Origin: Amoebidium appalachense
Taxonomy: Eukaryota > Protista > Ichthyosporea
DNA length: 64,000 nt
NCBI GenBank assembly: GCA_963693365.1
Contig: CAVNZM010000012.1
Location: 1,860,001-1,924,000, forward strand
Direction of reading: 5' to 3'
Positions 38,854 through 51,878 of this stretch are shown piece after piece. The notes below the pieces were generated by a model that made no database searches, was not told the DNA's origin, and saw only the letters and a program-made list of their open reading frames with translations. The position numbers and the translations under genes are program-made. Within the stretch, counting starts at the first letter, position 1, and the number at the start of each line of letters is the position of its first letter.

Positions 38854-39173
38854 CTTGTGTGTGTTTGTGTGTGCGTGTGTGTGTGTGTGTGCCTGCCTGC
38901 CTGTCTGACTGTCTGCACATGTGCGTGCGGGCGGAGGGAAGAGAGAGAGAGAGTGAGATGGAAGAAAGGGAAAAGGGAGAAGGAGAGGGCGGAGGAACGA
39001 AGGGGAATGAACACAAGGGGGTGGGGAGGGGGATGGGGATGGGGGAAGGGGAAGGAAAGTGGAAGAGAGACGGCAAGGGCCATATATCATCATGGGCAAT
39101 TTAAGGCGAGACGGGGGAAACTTTAATTTAAGTTGGGGAGAAATCAGAGAGCTTTAAGGCATAAGGGGGAAAG

Positions 39174-39253
<80 letters not shown>

Positions 39254-39282
39254 TGACTAGTATATATACTATCTGATATATA

Positions 39283-39349
<67 letters not shown>

Positions 39350-40395
39350 ACGTGTGTGTGTGTGTGTGTTATTGTGTTTGTGTGTGTGTGTGAAGAGGGG
39401 AGGGAGGCGGGAGAAGGGTTGGGGTGGGGGGGGGAGGGGGAGGCACCGACGGGAAGTTTACACGCACAGACACGCACACATCGTAAGAGATTAGAAAACC
39501 GGCGCATAAACCCCCCAAACCCTGTAAACGCCAATGTGCACGAGTGAGCTACCGAAGGTAAAACCGGAAAAGGATGCACCCGGCAAATGACATCTGGATA
39601 TTTAATATACTTGTAGCGAGATTGCGTTGGTAGGGTGTGCAACGGGAAAGCAAACGAGGGATGGAGGGAGGGGAAGGGGCTGAGGGCATAAATCCCCCCA
39701 AAAGCTTTTGAAACCCAACGTGCACAAATTAGCGCTGGAAGATAAAACATGAAAGAGCACATCCAATGACATGTGCGTGAGATTTGATATACTTGTTGCG
39801 AACGCTGCTCGTGTTGATGGTATGTGGAAATGGAGGGGGGAGGGGGGGGGGACGCTAAGGGGTATGTGTGTGCGGGAGGGGGGGGGGGGGGGGCGCTAAG
39901 GGGTGTGTGTGGGGGGGGGGGGGGGGGGGGGGGGGAAGGAGGGGAGGGAGGAGGGGGAGGGGGGGGGGGGGGGGGGACGGAAGAGATTTTTAGGGAAGAA
40001 ATGGGAGGATCACCAATACGGTGCATCCATACGGGCACAGGGCTAAGGCCCATGGTATGCAAGTTGGGCCCATGTGTAGATGGGTGAATGGGGAGAGCAA
40101 GTGGTGCAAAAGAGAGAAAGGGAGGGAGGCAGAGAGGGGAACGGCGCGCACAGGGCGAGGTGGCGGGGTGGTGGGGTGGTGGTGGAGGTGGGAAGGGGCG
40201 GGAAGGGGGGGGGGGGGGGGGATGGGGTACTTAAATAATACTGGGGGGGGGGGGGGGGGGAGGGGGGGGAGGTACATAAATGACACTGGGCGGGTTGATA
40301 ATGCCGTGTTTGAACTGCTGTTCTATTCTCCCCCCCCCCCCCCCCCCCCCCCCTCCCGGCGGCCGATATCCTCATGACTTTACTCTATTTTTTTT

Positions 40396-40435
<40 letters not shown>

Positions 40436-40445
40436 TTTTTTTTTT

Positions 40446-40510
<65 letters not shown>

Positions 40511-40629
40511 GATGTGGCTATCTTGTGAAAGCAATTTTCAAAATTATGCGACGTCAACTTTTTTCCTTTATTTTTTGGGTCGAGGGTGGGGAGAGCGGGG
40601 ATAGGAAGGGGGAGGAGGGCAGGGGGGGG

Positions 40630-40677
<48 letters not shown>

Positions 40678-40719
40678 GGGGGATGAACACAAGTGTTTTT
40701 TTTTTGTTTTGTTTTTTTT

Positions 40720-40763
<44 letters not shown>

Positions 40764-41029
40764 TAATCACTAGCGAAAATTTTGCATAATTGCATGATTA
40801 TTTGCAGTGCACCAGGCACATTGCTTGTCCGGGAAAAGCCGCCCACATTTAATCAGAGATGTAACATGTGTCTTGATATACAAATAAAGCCTTGAATATG
40901 TTAACAAAATTTCTTGATACAAAATATAAGCAAAGAAAACCGGTAATAACAAAATATATCAAGCATCACCAATACGTCACATTTGTATCGGTTAAGTTCA
41001 GTCCAGTAACAGTCTGATTCATCATTAGA

Positions 41030-42457
41030 TTAGATAAACAAAAACACAAGAGCAACTGGTAGGAAAAGCACGCCGAAAACAACCAAAAATATACCGGAAA
41101 AATACAAAACCCGATCTTCCAACGTCTGCTCGTGCTTAGGGTCCCACTGCGCCCTCATCTTTCCGAATATCTTGCAGTAGAAAAGCCCCGGAAGAATATA
41201 GCCAATAGGAACACCACAAATGGTGCCTACTAAACCAATCACCATGCCCAGATTATCGACAAATATGGCAATAACATACGACAGAGCCAAGAGACCGACC
41301 GTGCAGGACCAATAGATGATATTCTGCGTGCGAGAATCCTTAAGTACCTCTGCTTTTCCAGACCCTTCCATTGCGTATTTTACCAAATTGGTCAACGCAT
41401 CACGTGTCGCGTGCATGCAGAGAGGATATGTCACCGCCACCACGAAACTCATGATAAACTGAGCGATAGTAACCGGGGTGGTGGATGGGTAGTCACCGAG
41501 AATATTTGAACTGACAGAAGCACCAAAAGTGAAATACCCACACAAGCCAAAAACTCCGTACAGAATCGTGACAATAGTCATAGAAGGTGCAACCACCCCA
41601 GCCTCCATTTTCCTCACGCTTGGTGCGCGCAGTGTGTCGTAGATGTTGAAGATAATAAAGTGGGCAATGTAGGAGAAAATGAACGTGGGAAGTGCACGGA
41701 GAAAACCTTCCGCAGTAGAAACCGCTTCGATTTTCCCTTTGCATGTTGTACCGGGACACGGTTCGAGGGATGGCGCAGGGGCGGCGAGGAAAAGAATACA
41801 TAGAACAACAACGTAAACAATGCTCAAAAGTGCTAATCCGGAGGAATAACTGAGCTTTTCGATGTTCCGAAGACACGTGAGCGGGACGTCGATAGCGAAA
41901 AAGAAAATAGACAGCCACATCGTTCTGTTACTGAGGAGGGAATTCGGGGCAGCACCAAACGCAACCATTACCTTTGGAAGGAGACCACCCATAATGATGA
42001 GGTATGAAAGACAAGCGCCGAAACAAGCCAGCAAAATGCAAATATCGACGAGAAACGCAATCCGCGGGAAGGTCATAGCACAGAGTTTTCCGTAGGACGT
42101 TGGCTTTGTGTTCATCCACGCCGTGCACCGAGTAAGCAGCATCATCGCAACGCAAGTTGTTACGGCGGCAAAACACAGAGTAATAACACCCACCGCCCAC
42201 CCTGCCTGACCGAATGCACTCGGAAGCGCAAGGATCCCCGTGCCCACACACGCTTTGAAGAGGTTCATGGTACCACCCACCCACGTGCACTGTCCCTCTT
42301 CTGTTTTGGCTGCATTGCTTTCTCCGCCCCCTATACTCGAACTGTCACCGGATCCATGTGTTTTTAAGTCCGCGGGGGTACCAAGGGTCGCTTTATCTAG
42401 CCCAAGGTCGTCTTTGGCACAGACGCCGACTGTAACTATGGTGTCGATGTTCGACAT
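41030..42457 (-). CDS. Amino-acid transporter, AAAP/SLC38/AVT family, intronless, 475 aa
   Basis: NLFKACVGTGILALPSAF (TM1 motif), PTFIFSYIAH, YGVFGLCGYFTFG, GYILPGLFY; about 11 hydrophobic segments. Confidence 0.93.
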   Translation of the reverse strand: MSNIDTIVTVGVCAKDDLGLDKATLGTPADLKTHGSGDSSSIGGGESNAAKTEEGQCTWVGGTMNLFKACVGTGILALPSAFGQAGWAVGVITLCFAAVTTCVAMMLLTRCTAWMNTKPTSYGKLCAMTFPRIAFLVDICILLACFGACLSYLIIMGGLLPKVMVAFGAAPNSLLSNRTMWLSIFFFAIDVPLTCLRNIEKLSYSSGLALLSIVYVVVLCILFLAAPAPSLEPCPGTTCKGKIEAVSTAEGFLRALPTFIFSYIAHFIIFNIYDTLRAPSVRKMEAGVVAPSMTIVTILYGVFGLCGYFTFGASVSSNILGDYPSTTPVTIAQFIMSFVVAVTYPLCMHATRDALTNLVKYAMEGSGKAEVLKDSRTQNIIYWSCTVGLLALSYVIAIFVDNLGMVIGLVGTICGVPIGYILPGLFYCKIFGKMRAQWDPKHEQTLEDRVLYFSGIFLVVFGVLFLPVALVFLFI

Positions 42458-42743
42458 TTTGCGTCGGTTTTATGTGTGAAAGGTTACTGGCAGTTTGATT
42501 GATGTAGTAGTGTTGATTGAAGTGGATTTATGCAGCTTCCCGTGCAGGGAGGATATCTAAAGGCAAACACTCGTAGTGTGATGTATGATGAAGTTGAGAT
42601 ATCTGTACCACAAGAAGGACTGCATATGTAGTCATGGATGGGTGTTAATTACTCATATCATACTGAGAACAACCCAAATTCAAAAGAAAAAGGGCATGTC
42701 CTTATACTTCATGTAATATCTCTAAGAAAATGTACTAGTTTTT

Positions 42744-42778
<35 letters not shown>

Positions 42779-43345
42779 GCACTTGCGCCCTCTTTATTGA
42801 GCCTTCCGCTCATTCGAAGCCTTCGAACATTTCAGAGCAAATTTCGTATGTGCTGTTTTATATACAGGCTGGGGTCAAATTATGAACCAATCGTTGCTCT
42901 TTGTTGGGCTGGCTCAAATCGTTATCCATAAGGGTGTGATAACTACCCAGTAAGAATGGGTCTGACTCCAGGCCACAGCCAGGGGGCCAGGGCAGCGAAT
43001 TCCCAAGAATCCGAACTTCCTAATTTGCCTTGACATTTACCTATGTAACACATAATTGAAGAAAGGTGTTGACATATACAAATACTGGATACTTTGTAAT
43101 ATATGAATTGATTTCAGAACCCATAGATAGAGAGAAAAAAAAACATATGCATGTTTGGCCGGATCTGGACAACAATCATGGCCCTCTTGACCACGAATGG
43201 CACGCAGCCGCACATCTACAGCCAATCAGCGACGTTCCATCAAGTGCTGGTATTGCCTGGTCAGGTCGGGTCCATAACTCAGCTGCACGTTGAGGTATAG
43301 GCTCAAGAGGTTGCTGGCGTTTACGAGTCTCCACTGGAGTCTCGA

Positions 43346-43382
43346 GACCACGTGGTCAGGGCATGACATTATGCACGTGGTC
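43346..43382. promoter_or_regulatory. Paired E-boxes upstream of the transporter
   Basis: Perfect palindrome GACCACGTGGTC at 43346-43357 and GCACGTGGTC at about 43373. Confidence 0.4.
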
Positions 43383-43679
43383 TATAATTACAACAGTATT
43401 CTGAAGTATGAATAAGGTTGAAGACCCAGTGATTTTTTTTCCTCAGTCATGCATGCGCGGTTACATACCGTACGCACAGAATTCGTGCATGGACTATTCG
43501 AAGTTTGAGCACGTACACACACAGCAGCCACTATGGCGCCGTTGCGCTAGTCTCCAAGGATATATACCCACTGGCTTACGTTAAATGCTTGCTTGTACAT
43601 ATTGAACATCATACTAAATGACAAATACTCTAGCCCTACGGAAAGGTAGCCCTACGTAAGTGGCCGGGCACTACTACGC

Positions 43680-43721
<42 letters not shown>

Positions 43722-44135
43722 AATAAGAAGACAGCACTCAGAGTGACTACCGTTGCGCCCTTAAACAACACGGACGTTGTTCCATAAAGAAGACCAGCTC
43801 CACAGAGGTTTGCAAAAGCCACCAGTGCAGTCCCGGCTTTTAACACCAGGCACGTGGTTGGATAATGAATACAGATACACAACACAAGTGTGTTCCTATC
43901 TATGTTAAATAGCCTGTTCACACGTGTGCTAGCCATACTATTTGTCGCTATTAGAATTAAATGTGTGCACGTATGTACCTTACAAGTTTGTGACGATGTG
44001 AAAGTGTGGGTGTACATGTGATCGCATGCGCGTGTGTGACGCTGTGTATGTGTGTGTATGTGCGTGTGTGTTTGTGTGTGTGTGTGTGTCACCTGTCACG
44101 TGTGTGTGTGTGTGTGTGTGCGTGTACGTGTGTAT

Positions 44136-44179
<44 letters not shown>

Positions 44180-44526
44180 CACTGTGTGTGCGTGCGTGCG
44201 TGCGTGTGCATGTGTGACGCTGGTGTGCTCATGTGTGTGTGTGCACCTGTGGTGTGTGTGTGTGTGTGTGTCTGTGTGTGTGTGTGACAGTGTCGTCCAG
44301 TGTGCGTGCGTGACACTGAGCGTGTGTGTATGACTTTTTGTGTGTGTGTGTGTCCGTATTTGTGTGTCGACGTGTGTGTCTAAATTGATGTTGCTGAGTT
44401 TCATCACCTATCATAGCTGTTTGTGTGTTGTCTATTCATGAGTGTGTGTGTGTGTGCCAGAGGACTGATGAGCACATGTATGAGCAAATTGCAATTGCAA
44501 TGCCACAGTGTACATGTGTGCCTCAG

Positions 44527-44572
<46 letters not shown>

Positions 44573-45285
44573 CCTCCCTCCCTCCCCCTCCCCCTCCCTC
44601 TCTCCTTCCCCCCGTCTCCTCTCTCTCTATCTAAACCTCTGCCTCTCCCTCTCCTCTCTCTCTTTCTCTCAGGCATGAATAGGTGTTCCTATGTGTTGTC
44701 AGGGTTGGTGTGTGTGGGGGGATGGGGGGTGGGCAGGAGGTGGGTGTAATGACTGGTGCACATGCAAGTGTGTAAGAAGCACCGTGGGAGGCGGTGGGGA
44801 GGTGCACTGTGGCACTTTGCCACAGTAAGCCAACCGTTTTTTGCTTTTCCAGTTAGACTGTGTCCACGTGCACGTGCAGGTCTGTAGGGTTATTTTCTGT
44901 GTGTGTGTTTGCGCGCGCATGTGTGTCACGTGTGTGTGTGTGTGTGTGTGTACGTGGGTGGTTGAGTGTAGGTACACATGTCATAATGGTGCAGGTGAGT
45001 GGTAATCGTGGTGTGTGCCCGGTGTGTTCGCGCACGCACGTGCATGCACTACATCACGGGGCATATGTACACACATGGCAGTATCACTGCCACGACGGAG
45101 GAGGAATAGCTCAAATTTCTTTGTAGATGGGGGTTTTTGTGTCAATAGACACAGAGCCGGGGACTGGACTTTATATAAAGTAGCTTCAATAGACCAGATT
45201 TTTGTCGTGTGTGTGCCTGTGTTTTCTTTAATCTTTTTTTTTTTTTTTTTTTGTGGTTGGTGGTGGTGGTGGTGGTGGTGGTAGT

Positions 45286-45324
<39 letters not shown>

Positions 45325-45557
45325 CGGGAGATAAAAGGGAAACACATACACACAACACACACAAGGGGGGGGGGGGGGGGGGGGGGGGGAATCGCGACCG
45401 GGAGATAAAAGGGGAACACACACACCCACCCACACACACGCACACACACACCACTCGCGCGCGCGTGCCGCCAGATAAAAGGGGAACACACACACACACA
45501 CCGTGACACACGCACACGCACACGCACACATGCGTGCGCGCGGGGAGTTAAAAGGGG

Positions 45558-45562
<5 letters not shown>
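45325..45562. repeat. Four copies of GAGATAAAAGGGGAACAC-like unit, each followed by (CA)n
   Basis: Copies near 45325, 45399, 45472 and 45541. Confidence 0.8.
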
Positions 45563-45611
<49 letters not shown>

Positions 45612-45646
45612 AACACATGCGCGCGTGCGTGCCGCACACACATACA

Positions 45647-45965
45647 CCCATTCACCTCGTCGACAAAACCCAACTCAGACACTGCTGCACTTGAACATGG
45701 GAGGAGGGGAGGGGGGGGGGGGGGGGGGGGGGGGGAGGGGGGGTTGCTAACTGAGTAAACAGGACCAGAACACTAACGAGAATGATTGCATTCTAGGACA
45801 ACCCAAAACCTGGTGACACAGACTTAGAGGCCACCGTGAGGGCACAGCAGGGATGGATCGCTCACGAGATTGCAGGGCCAAAAAAAATGCGGCCAGGAAG
45901 GGTGTTGTGGTGGCGAATTGTGTTGGGAAGACGTTCAGAAGGTGTAGGTTTGATTCTGAGAGGGG

Positions 45966-46004
<39 letters not shown>

Positions 46005-46268
46005 GGGGGGGGGGGTTTGAATGCGTCATAAAGTACGAAAAAAGGGGGGTTAAAAACCGGAACATGGTACGAAGTACAACAACACGATGAGAAACACGGT
46101 GAAGGACACAGGCAAAAGCAAACATTCAGGTATGCAACATCAGCAACGTGCGCAGTGTGCAAAATGAGGAACTCAGGAGACGAGGCTTCTAGGCCCCCCC
46201 GTCGATACCTAAGTCGATACTTCCCTGGCTAACATACCACACCAGCTGAAAAGAATGAAGCCCCACGG
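45647..46268. repeat. Rearranged, diverged copy of the dispersed repeat at 56025-56822
   Basis: Blocks 45647-45700, 46015-46140 and 46168-46268 match about 56168-56224, 56025-56110 and 56334-56435. Confidence 0.85.
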
Positions 46269-46945
46269 AAGAAAAGTAGGAAAGCGGTTAAGAGAGAACG
46301 CATGTGCATGGGAGAGAGGATGGTGAGTGAGCAAGAAGAGATAGAGGGAGTGAGGGAGTGAAGGGGGGGGGGGGGGGGGGGGGGGATAGAGAGAGGAGAG
46401 AGAGAGAGGGAGGGAGGGAGGGAGGGAGGGAGAGTGGAGAGAGAAGAGGGAGAGAGAGAGAGTGTGTGTGTGTTTGAATGTGTGTGCATGCGCGTGTATG
46501 CCATGTTGAGTGTGAAGAGAGAGAAGGAGGGGGGCGGGGCGGGGGGGGGGGGGGGGGGGGCTCCCTAATGGGGGGGAGCGAGAGAGAGAACGGAGGGAGG
46601 AAGGAGGGAGGGAGGGAGGGAGGGAGAGGACGGAGGGGGGGGGGGGGGGGGAGGGGGGGCAGCCGAGGGGGGAGGGAAGGGGGTAAGAGAAGGGAGAACA
46701 AGAGGGAAAGAGAGAGGCCATGTGTGCATGTGAGAGCAGACGGTGCTGAGTGAAACGGGGGGGGGGGGGGGGGGGGAGTGATAGCAAGACAGAGAGGGGG
46801 GGGGGGGGGGGGAGGGAAGGGTGTAAGAAAAGGGAGAATAAGAGCGAAAGAGAGAGACCGTGTGTGCACGTGGAGAGAGGGAGGGGGGCAGGGAGGGAGG
46901 GAGGGAAGAAGGGAGGGAGGGAGGGAGGGAGATGGAAAGAGAGGG

Positions 46946-47007
<62 letters not shown>

Positions 47008-47085
47008 GGAAGGAAGGAGGGAGGGAGGGAGGGAGGGAGGGAGGGAGGGAGAGGGAGAGGGAGAGGGAGAGGGAGAGGGAGAGGG

Positions 47086-47208
<123 letters not shown>

Positions 47209-47357
47209 AGAGAGAGAGAAAGAGAGAGCGAAAGAGAGAGAGAGAGAGAGAGAACAAGCATAGCCTAAAAACAAACCGAGCTCCACAACCTTTGCTCATG
47301 CATGGAGAGGGGGTGGGAGGATGGGAAAGATGGGAATGGGGAAGAACCGTGTGTGTG

Positions 47358-47406
<49 letters not shown>

Positions 47407-48279
47407 TGGTGGTGGTGGTGGGGGGGGGGGGGCAAGGGGGTTTCGTCGCGATAAAATGTTTATGCGGCTCGATTGGGCCATGATGTCATGGTTACAGAGC
47501 AAAAGCACGTGATTTGCAAATGGAGTCGGAGGCTTAAGGGAATTTCTTGACTGATGTGAGTGGCCGCAAGAGGCGACAAAAAAGATAATAATAAAAAAAG
47601 GAAAACCAAAATGGGTGGGTGGAGGGGGGGGGGGGGGGAGTAGAGCACAAAAGTCGAAAGTTGGGAGATTGGGATTACTTAAACGTGTGCAGTAGGTGTT
47701 GGGAATAACGAAAAAAGAAAGAGGGGGGGGGGGGGGGGGGGGAGGGGGGGGGGGTAATCCAATTCGCGATTCACAAAGGGGGGGGGAGGGGGGGGGGTGG
47801 GGGAGGCTCCTACCCTGAACCATAGTGTCAGAATGAGAACCACTTTGGTACTGCTGAAATGGTAACCGGCTGGCATCGGAATAGGAGGTCGAGCTAGGCT
47901 CAGTGGTTTGTATCGTGTGCTCTTGGTAAGGACACAACTCAGGGCTCTACTCATCTGCTCTACTCCGTATGCTCCAGGTCACCTTCCAAAGTTTGGGTGA
48001 CTCTGGATGGCTCCCAGCCACCAACTCGCAAAATTTCTACCATCCTAACACTATTTGAGCTGAAAATAATGAGCCCTGGAACGTTTCGCCTCAAGTGTAA
48101 AATAGGGAAAAGACACACGTGTCACCTCTATGTTAGCAACGGTTCCGCGCAAAAAAACAAAACATGAAAAGTTGCAATTGGCCCATTGAGTCCGCTGGAA
48201 AACGCAGTAGGCCGTCGAGTGTGGCTGGGCCCCCAGCAGTGTCCACGCAATAAAAAGTTTGTAAACCCCCAATTAAGCG

Positions 48280-48957
48280 AGAAATACCCTATATCGCGCA
48301 ATAGCGATTGGTGATATCACCGCGGTGTGATATTACTGTAATATCACCCGATATCACCGCGGGATCCGCGCCTGGGATTCAGACCGGACCCGGTGATACT
48401 GGAGATAGTACGGTGATATAACCAAATCACCACCGGTATGCCCCGCGGGCGACTGTACCCCTAGATGGTGATATACTGGAGTAGTACGGTGATATCACAT
48501 GCATCCACACGGTGATATCGCAGTGATATTTCCGGCAATTTCGTTCGTGATATCTTGGTGATACCGCCATTGGAAACATAGGGAATATCTCAACGATATC
48601 ACCGTGGTACTGCCGGTGATACCACAATAATATCTTCGTGTTATTTCGCATGTCGTGTTACTTTGGTGGTAATTTGAATACCACAGTGTTATTTCTGCTG
48701 GGCAGGTGATACCTGTGCTACGTGTGGTTTGCGTGTTATTGCGGTGATATTGCAATATTTTGCTAGCCTAAGCGGAAGGCCCCCTTGGACAAAAAAATGG
48801 GGAAGGTAGGTCTGGGCGGGAAATCACTGTGTACTTGGATGCCGTGTGTGTGTGTGACGGTGTGTGCGTCAGTGCACACGTGTGCGTGTGTGCGTGTGTG
48901 TGTGTGTGTGCGTGCGTGTGCGTGTGTGTGCATGTGTGTGCGTGTGTGTGTGTGTGT

Positions 48958-49021
<64 letters not shown>

Positions 49022-49161
49022 TTGTGTGTTTGTGTGTGTGTGCGTGTGTGTGCGTGTGTGTGTGCGTGTGTGCGTGTGTGTGTGTACAAAGGGGGGTGGG
49101 GAGGGTGGGCTGTGTGTCACGGTGTGTGTGTGGGGGGGGGGGGGGGGGGGGGGGGGACAAA

Positions 49162-49199
<38 letters not shown>

Positions 49200-50586
49200 G
49201 GGCTGTGGGTGTGGTGTGGTAAAATATAAGTTACTCGCTCAATGAAAACTACAAGCACAGATAATTTGTCGATCAAAGCCCATCTGTTTCCTTACGATAC
49301 AGTTGCGCATCTGTGCATTCGTACATATTGAATGGGGCCATGCAACAACATGCACACTGTCTTAATTTTATCTGGATGGCTCATGTTAACTGTTCGATTA
49401 TGCATTGGCTACCCCCCCCCCCCCCCCCCCTGTCACCACGTAAGGGTCGTACAAAAGTGCATGTTCAGTAAAGCAGTCACATTCATTCCTTAACTGGTAT
49501 ACCAAATGTCCTATTACAGCCCGCACTCTATTTGCTCATGTTGTATTCTCTGAACGCTTTCGGCAACAAGAGTGTGCATGTGTGCACTGCATGATTGGAT
49601 TACATCATGGTCCTATTGAATAAATCACCGTGATATCGCTGGTAATAGGTGATATCGCTGAGATATCGCTGTGATATCGCTGTGTCAGTTATGGGACGGT
49701 TCGCAAATGTGCGCACACAGCATTTCACAACTCTGGACAACCAACTCTGGAACAGTTTTTCTGCATTTATTCACGTGTTCTTACTCTATCAAATACATGA
49801 GTATGGGTCTTCCTTTTCTTTTTAAGGAACAGTTGTATAGTTAATTAATATCCTTCAGCCTAAGGCCTTTACACTTCGTACTGTGTACATGCATGTCATT
49901 TAAAACAAGATACTCACCTCCGTCTCGGAGTGCTGCTCCCCCTTGGGCTTTTCTCCAAGATGTGCCTCCATCTCCTGGTTTGCACTATTGGGTGAAGGAA
50001 GTCGGAAACATATGATAGCAGGCACGATGAACTGTGCCTACCAACAAGGCGGTACTAGGGCCGGCTACGAAGTTGCACTGGACAATTTTGAAGCTTTATA
50101 TACTTTCTGTAAACCTCCGAAATCCAATAAGTTTTTTTGCTGCAGATGTGGCAAAGTAGCCACACTGACTTTGCGCCATTTGTCGAGTGTATTTTTAGTC
50201 AATAACAAGAGAAATCCAATCATCCGTTCTGGTTGTCCGTAAATAAGGGGGGGGGCAAATTTTCTTCGTGATAAACTCTCAATCAAATGAAACTTAACTT
50301 GATAATATTTTTGCGTGATAATGCTGCAATCATCTACGTAGAATGTTCTGATTGACTTTCAGGTTGGTGCGTACAGTTTTGTTGACCCAATGGCAAAATG
50401 GTAATATCAGTGTGCTATCACCGGCTCCTGATTCGCCAGCTGACATGAGTGCAGGTTTAGCGAGAAGCTATCACCGTGATATTACGATCATATCACAGAT
50501 CTGTCAACGCGTGAAATTTTCTGACATCGGTGATAACCGGTGATAACTGGGAGATACCACGGTGATGAGCGATATAGGGTATTTCT
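48280..50586. mobile_element. About 2.3-kb non-autonomous DNA transposon with 18-bp TIRs and GATATC-rich subterminal repeats
   Basis: AGAAATACCCTATATCGC (48280-48297) is the exact reverse complement of 50569-50586; dense (GT)GATATC(AC)-type repeats at 48300-48760, 49625-49685 and 50400-50570. Confidence 0.75.
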
Positions 50587-50939
50587 GCGCGGCGGGCACA
50601 TTTTTACTACAGTACGCATGCCGGCGCATGCACGTGAATAATTCAATGTTAGAAGGTCGGTGTCATACACGTCATTTTGTGTACATTCTCAGTTAAAATT
50701 GGCACATGAATTTGGGCTGCACAGGTAAGACAGAGGACGAGGAACCCTACGCGGTGCATGATAACAAGCTCAGACTGTATATATATGCCATAATAATCAT
50801 TGAAACGATACTGGACTCCGATATATGCATTAATAAAAAACAATCAAATGTACATGTACAAACTCGGTGACATGCAGGCACGAGTATTGTATAGGCAAGG
50901 ACAAATTTTAACACTCATTATGTGTTCAGATATGTGGGG

Positions 50940-51799
50940 AATGCCACGGACGAACGTTGGTGACGTAAAACGAGGTCTCTAGCAAGGCTTACACTAGCCA
51001 CCGCAATAACTGGCAGTATCCCTTCAATAACGTTAACAGACATTCTAACCTATTGTTAAACAGAGCAAGACTCACTGTCCGGCGGTGACTCGTTTTTGCC
51101 GTTCGTTACGTAATACTGACTACAGCTGCACCAGTCTATATGCATGGAATACCGAAGGATGATCAATGGGTGCGAATAGGGCCAATCAGATCTCGTGAAC
51201 CATGTATCGACATTCAATGTGACCAGTCACGCCTGACAGCGTTTGGAAGGCACCAACCGTATTTAGGCCCTAAATACGCATACCACGATAAATTTTGTAA
51301 ATACGGTAGATCGTATTTAGGGCCTAAATACGAATACGATTATTGGGGTGCTGCCAAACAGGCCCTTATGTCTCGTTTTATATATAATGACCGCCTTAGC
51401 CATATAGCCAAATATGGCACTCGCAAATGTGTAACACCTAAATACATATAACCTTCCTGTAGAATTGGGCTTTCTCTAGCTGATGGTATTATTGATCACT
51501 TACCACGCTTTTACTGTACACGTGCTATACAGTGGAGATCTAATAAGTAAAAGGTGGCATCGTTTGCATGCCCAGACAAAACACACATACACCAGTTTAA
51601 ACGTTCATGTATCGCCAAATGTAGTTTGATGGACCACATAATACCGCAACACACACACGACACATTCACAACAGACACCCAGAAAGATAGCCTACCTGAA
51701 AATTACAACATCCTTGATTTTATACTAAACACGTGTGACTATGACCTGTTTGTTAGATGTACTGATTGGCTTGAGAAACACATCATTACAAAATTCTAG
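50940..51799 (+). pseudogene. Possible decayed non-LTR retrotransposon relic
   Basis: DVKRGL*QG resembles the RT G-x-x-QG motif; RAIQWRSNK*..CPD..F.RSC..C..NYNILDFILN resembles LINE ORF2 C-termini; in-frame stops present. Recognition by eye only. Confidence 0.4.
51258..51332. repeat. Two 21-bp palindromes that are exact reverse complements of each other
   Basis: CGTATTTAGGCCCTAAATACG (51258-51278) and CGTATTTAGGGCCTAAATACG (51312-51332). Confidence 0.85.
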
Positions 51800-51809
51800 C
51801 GCGCGCACA

Positions 51810-51878
<69 letters not shown>

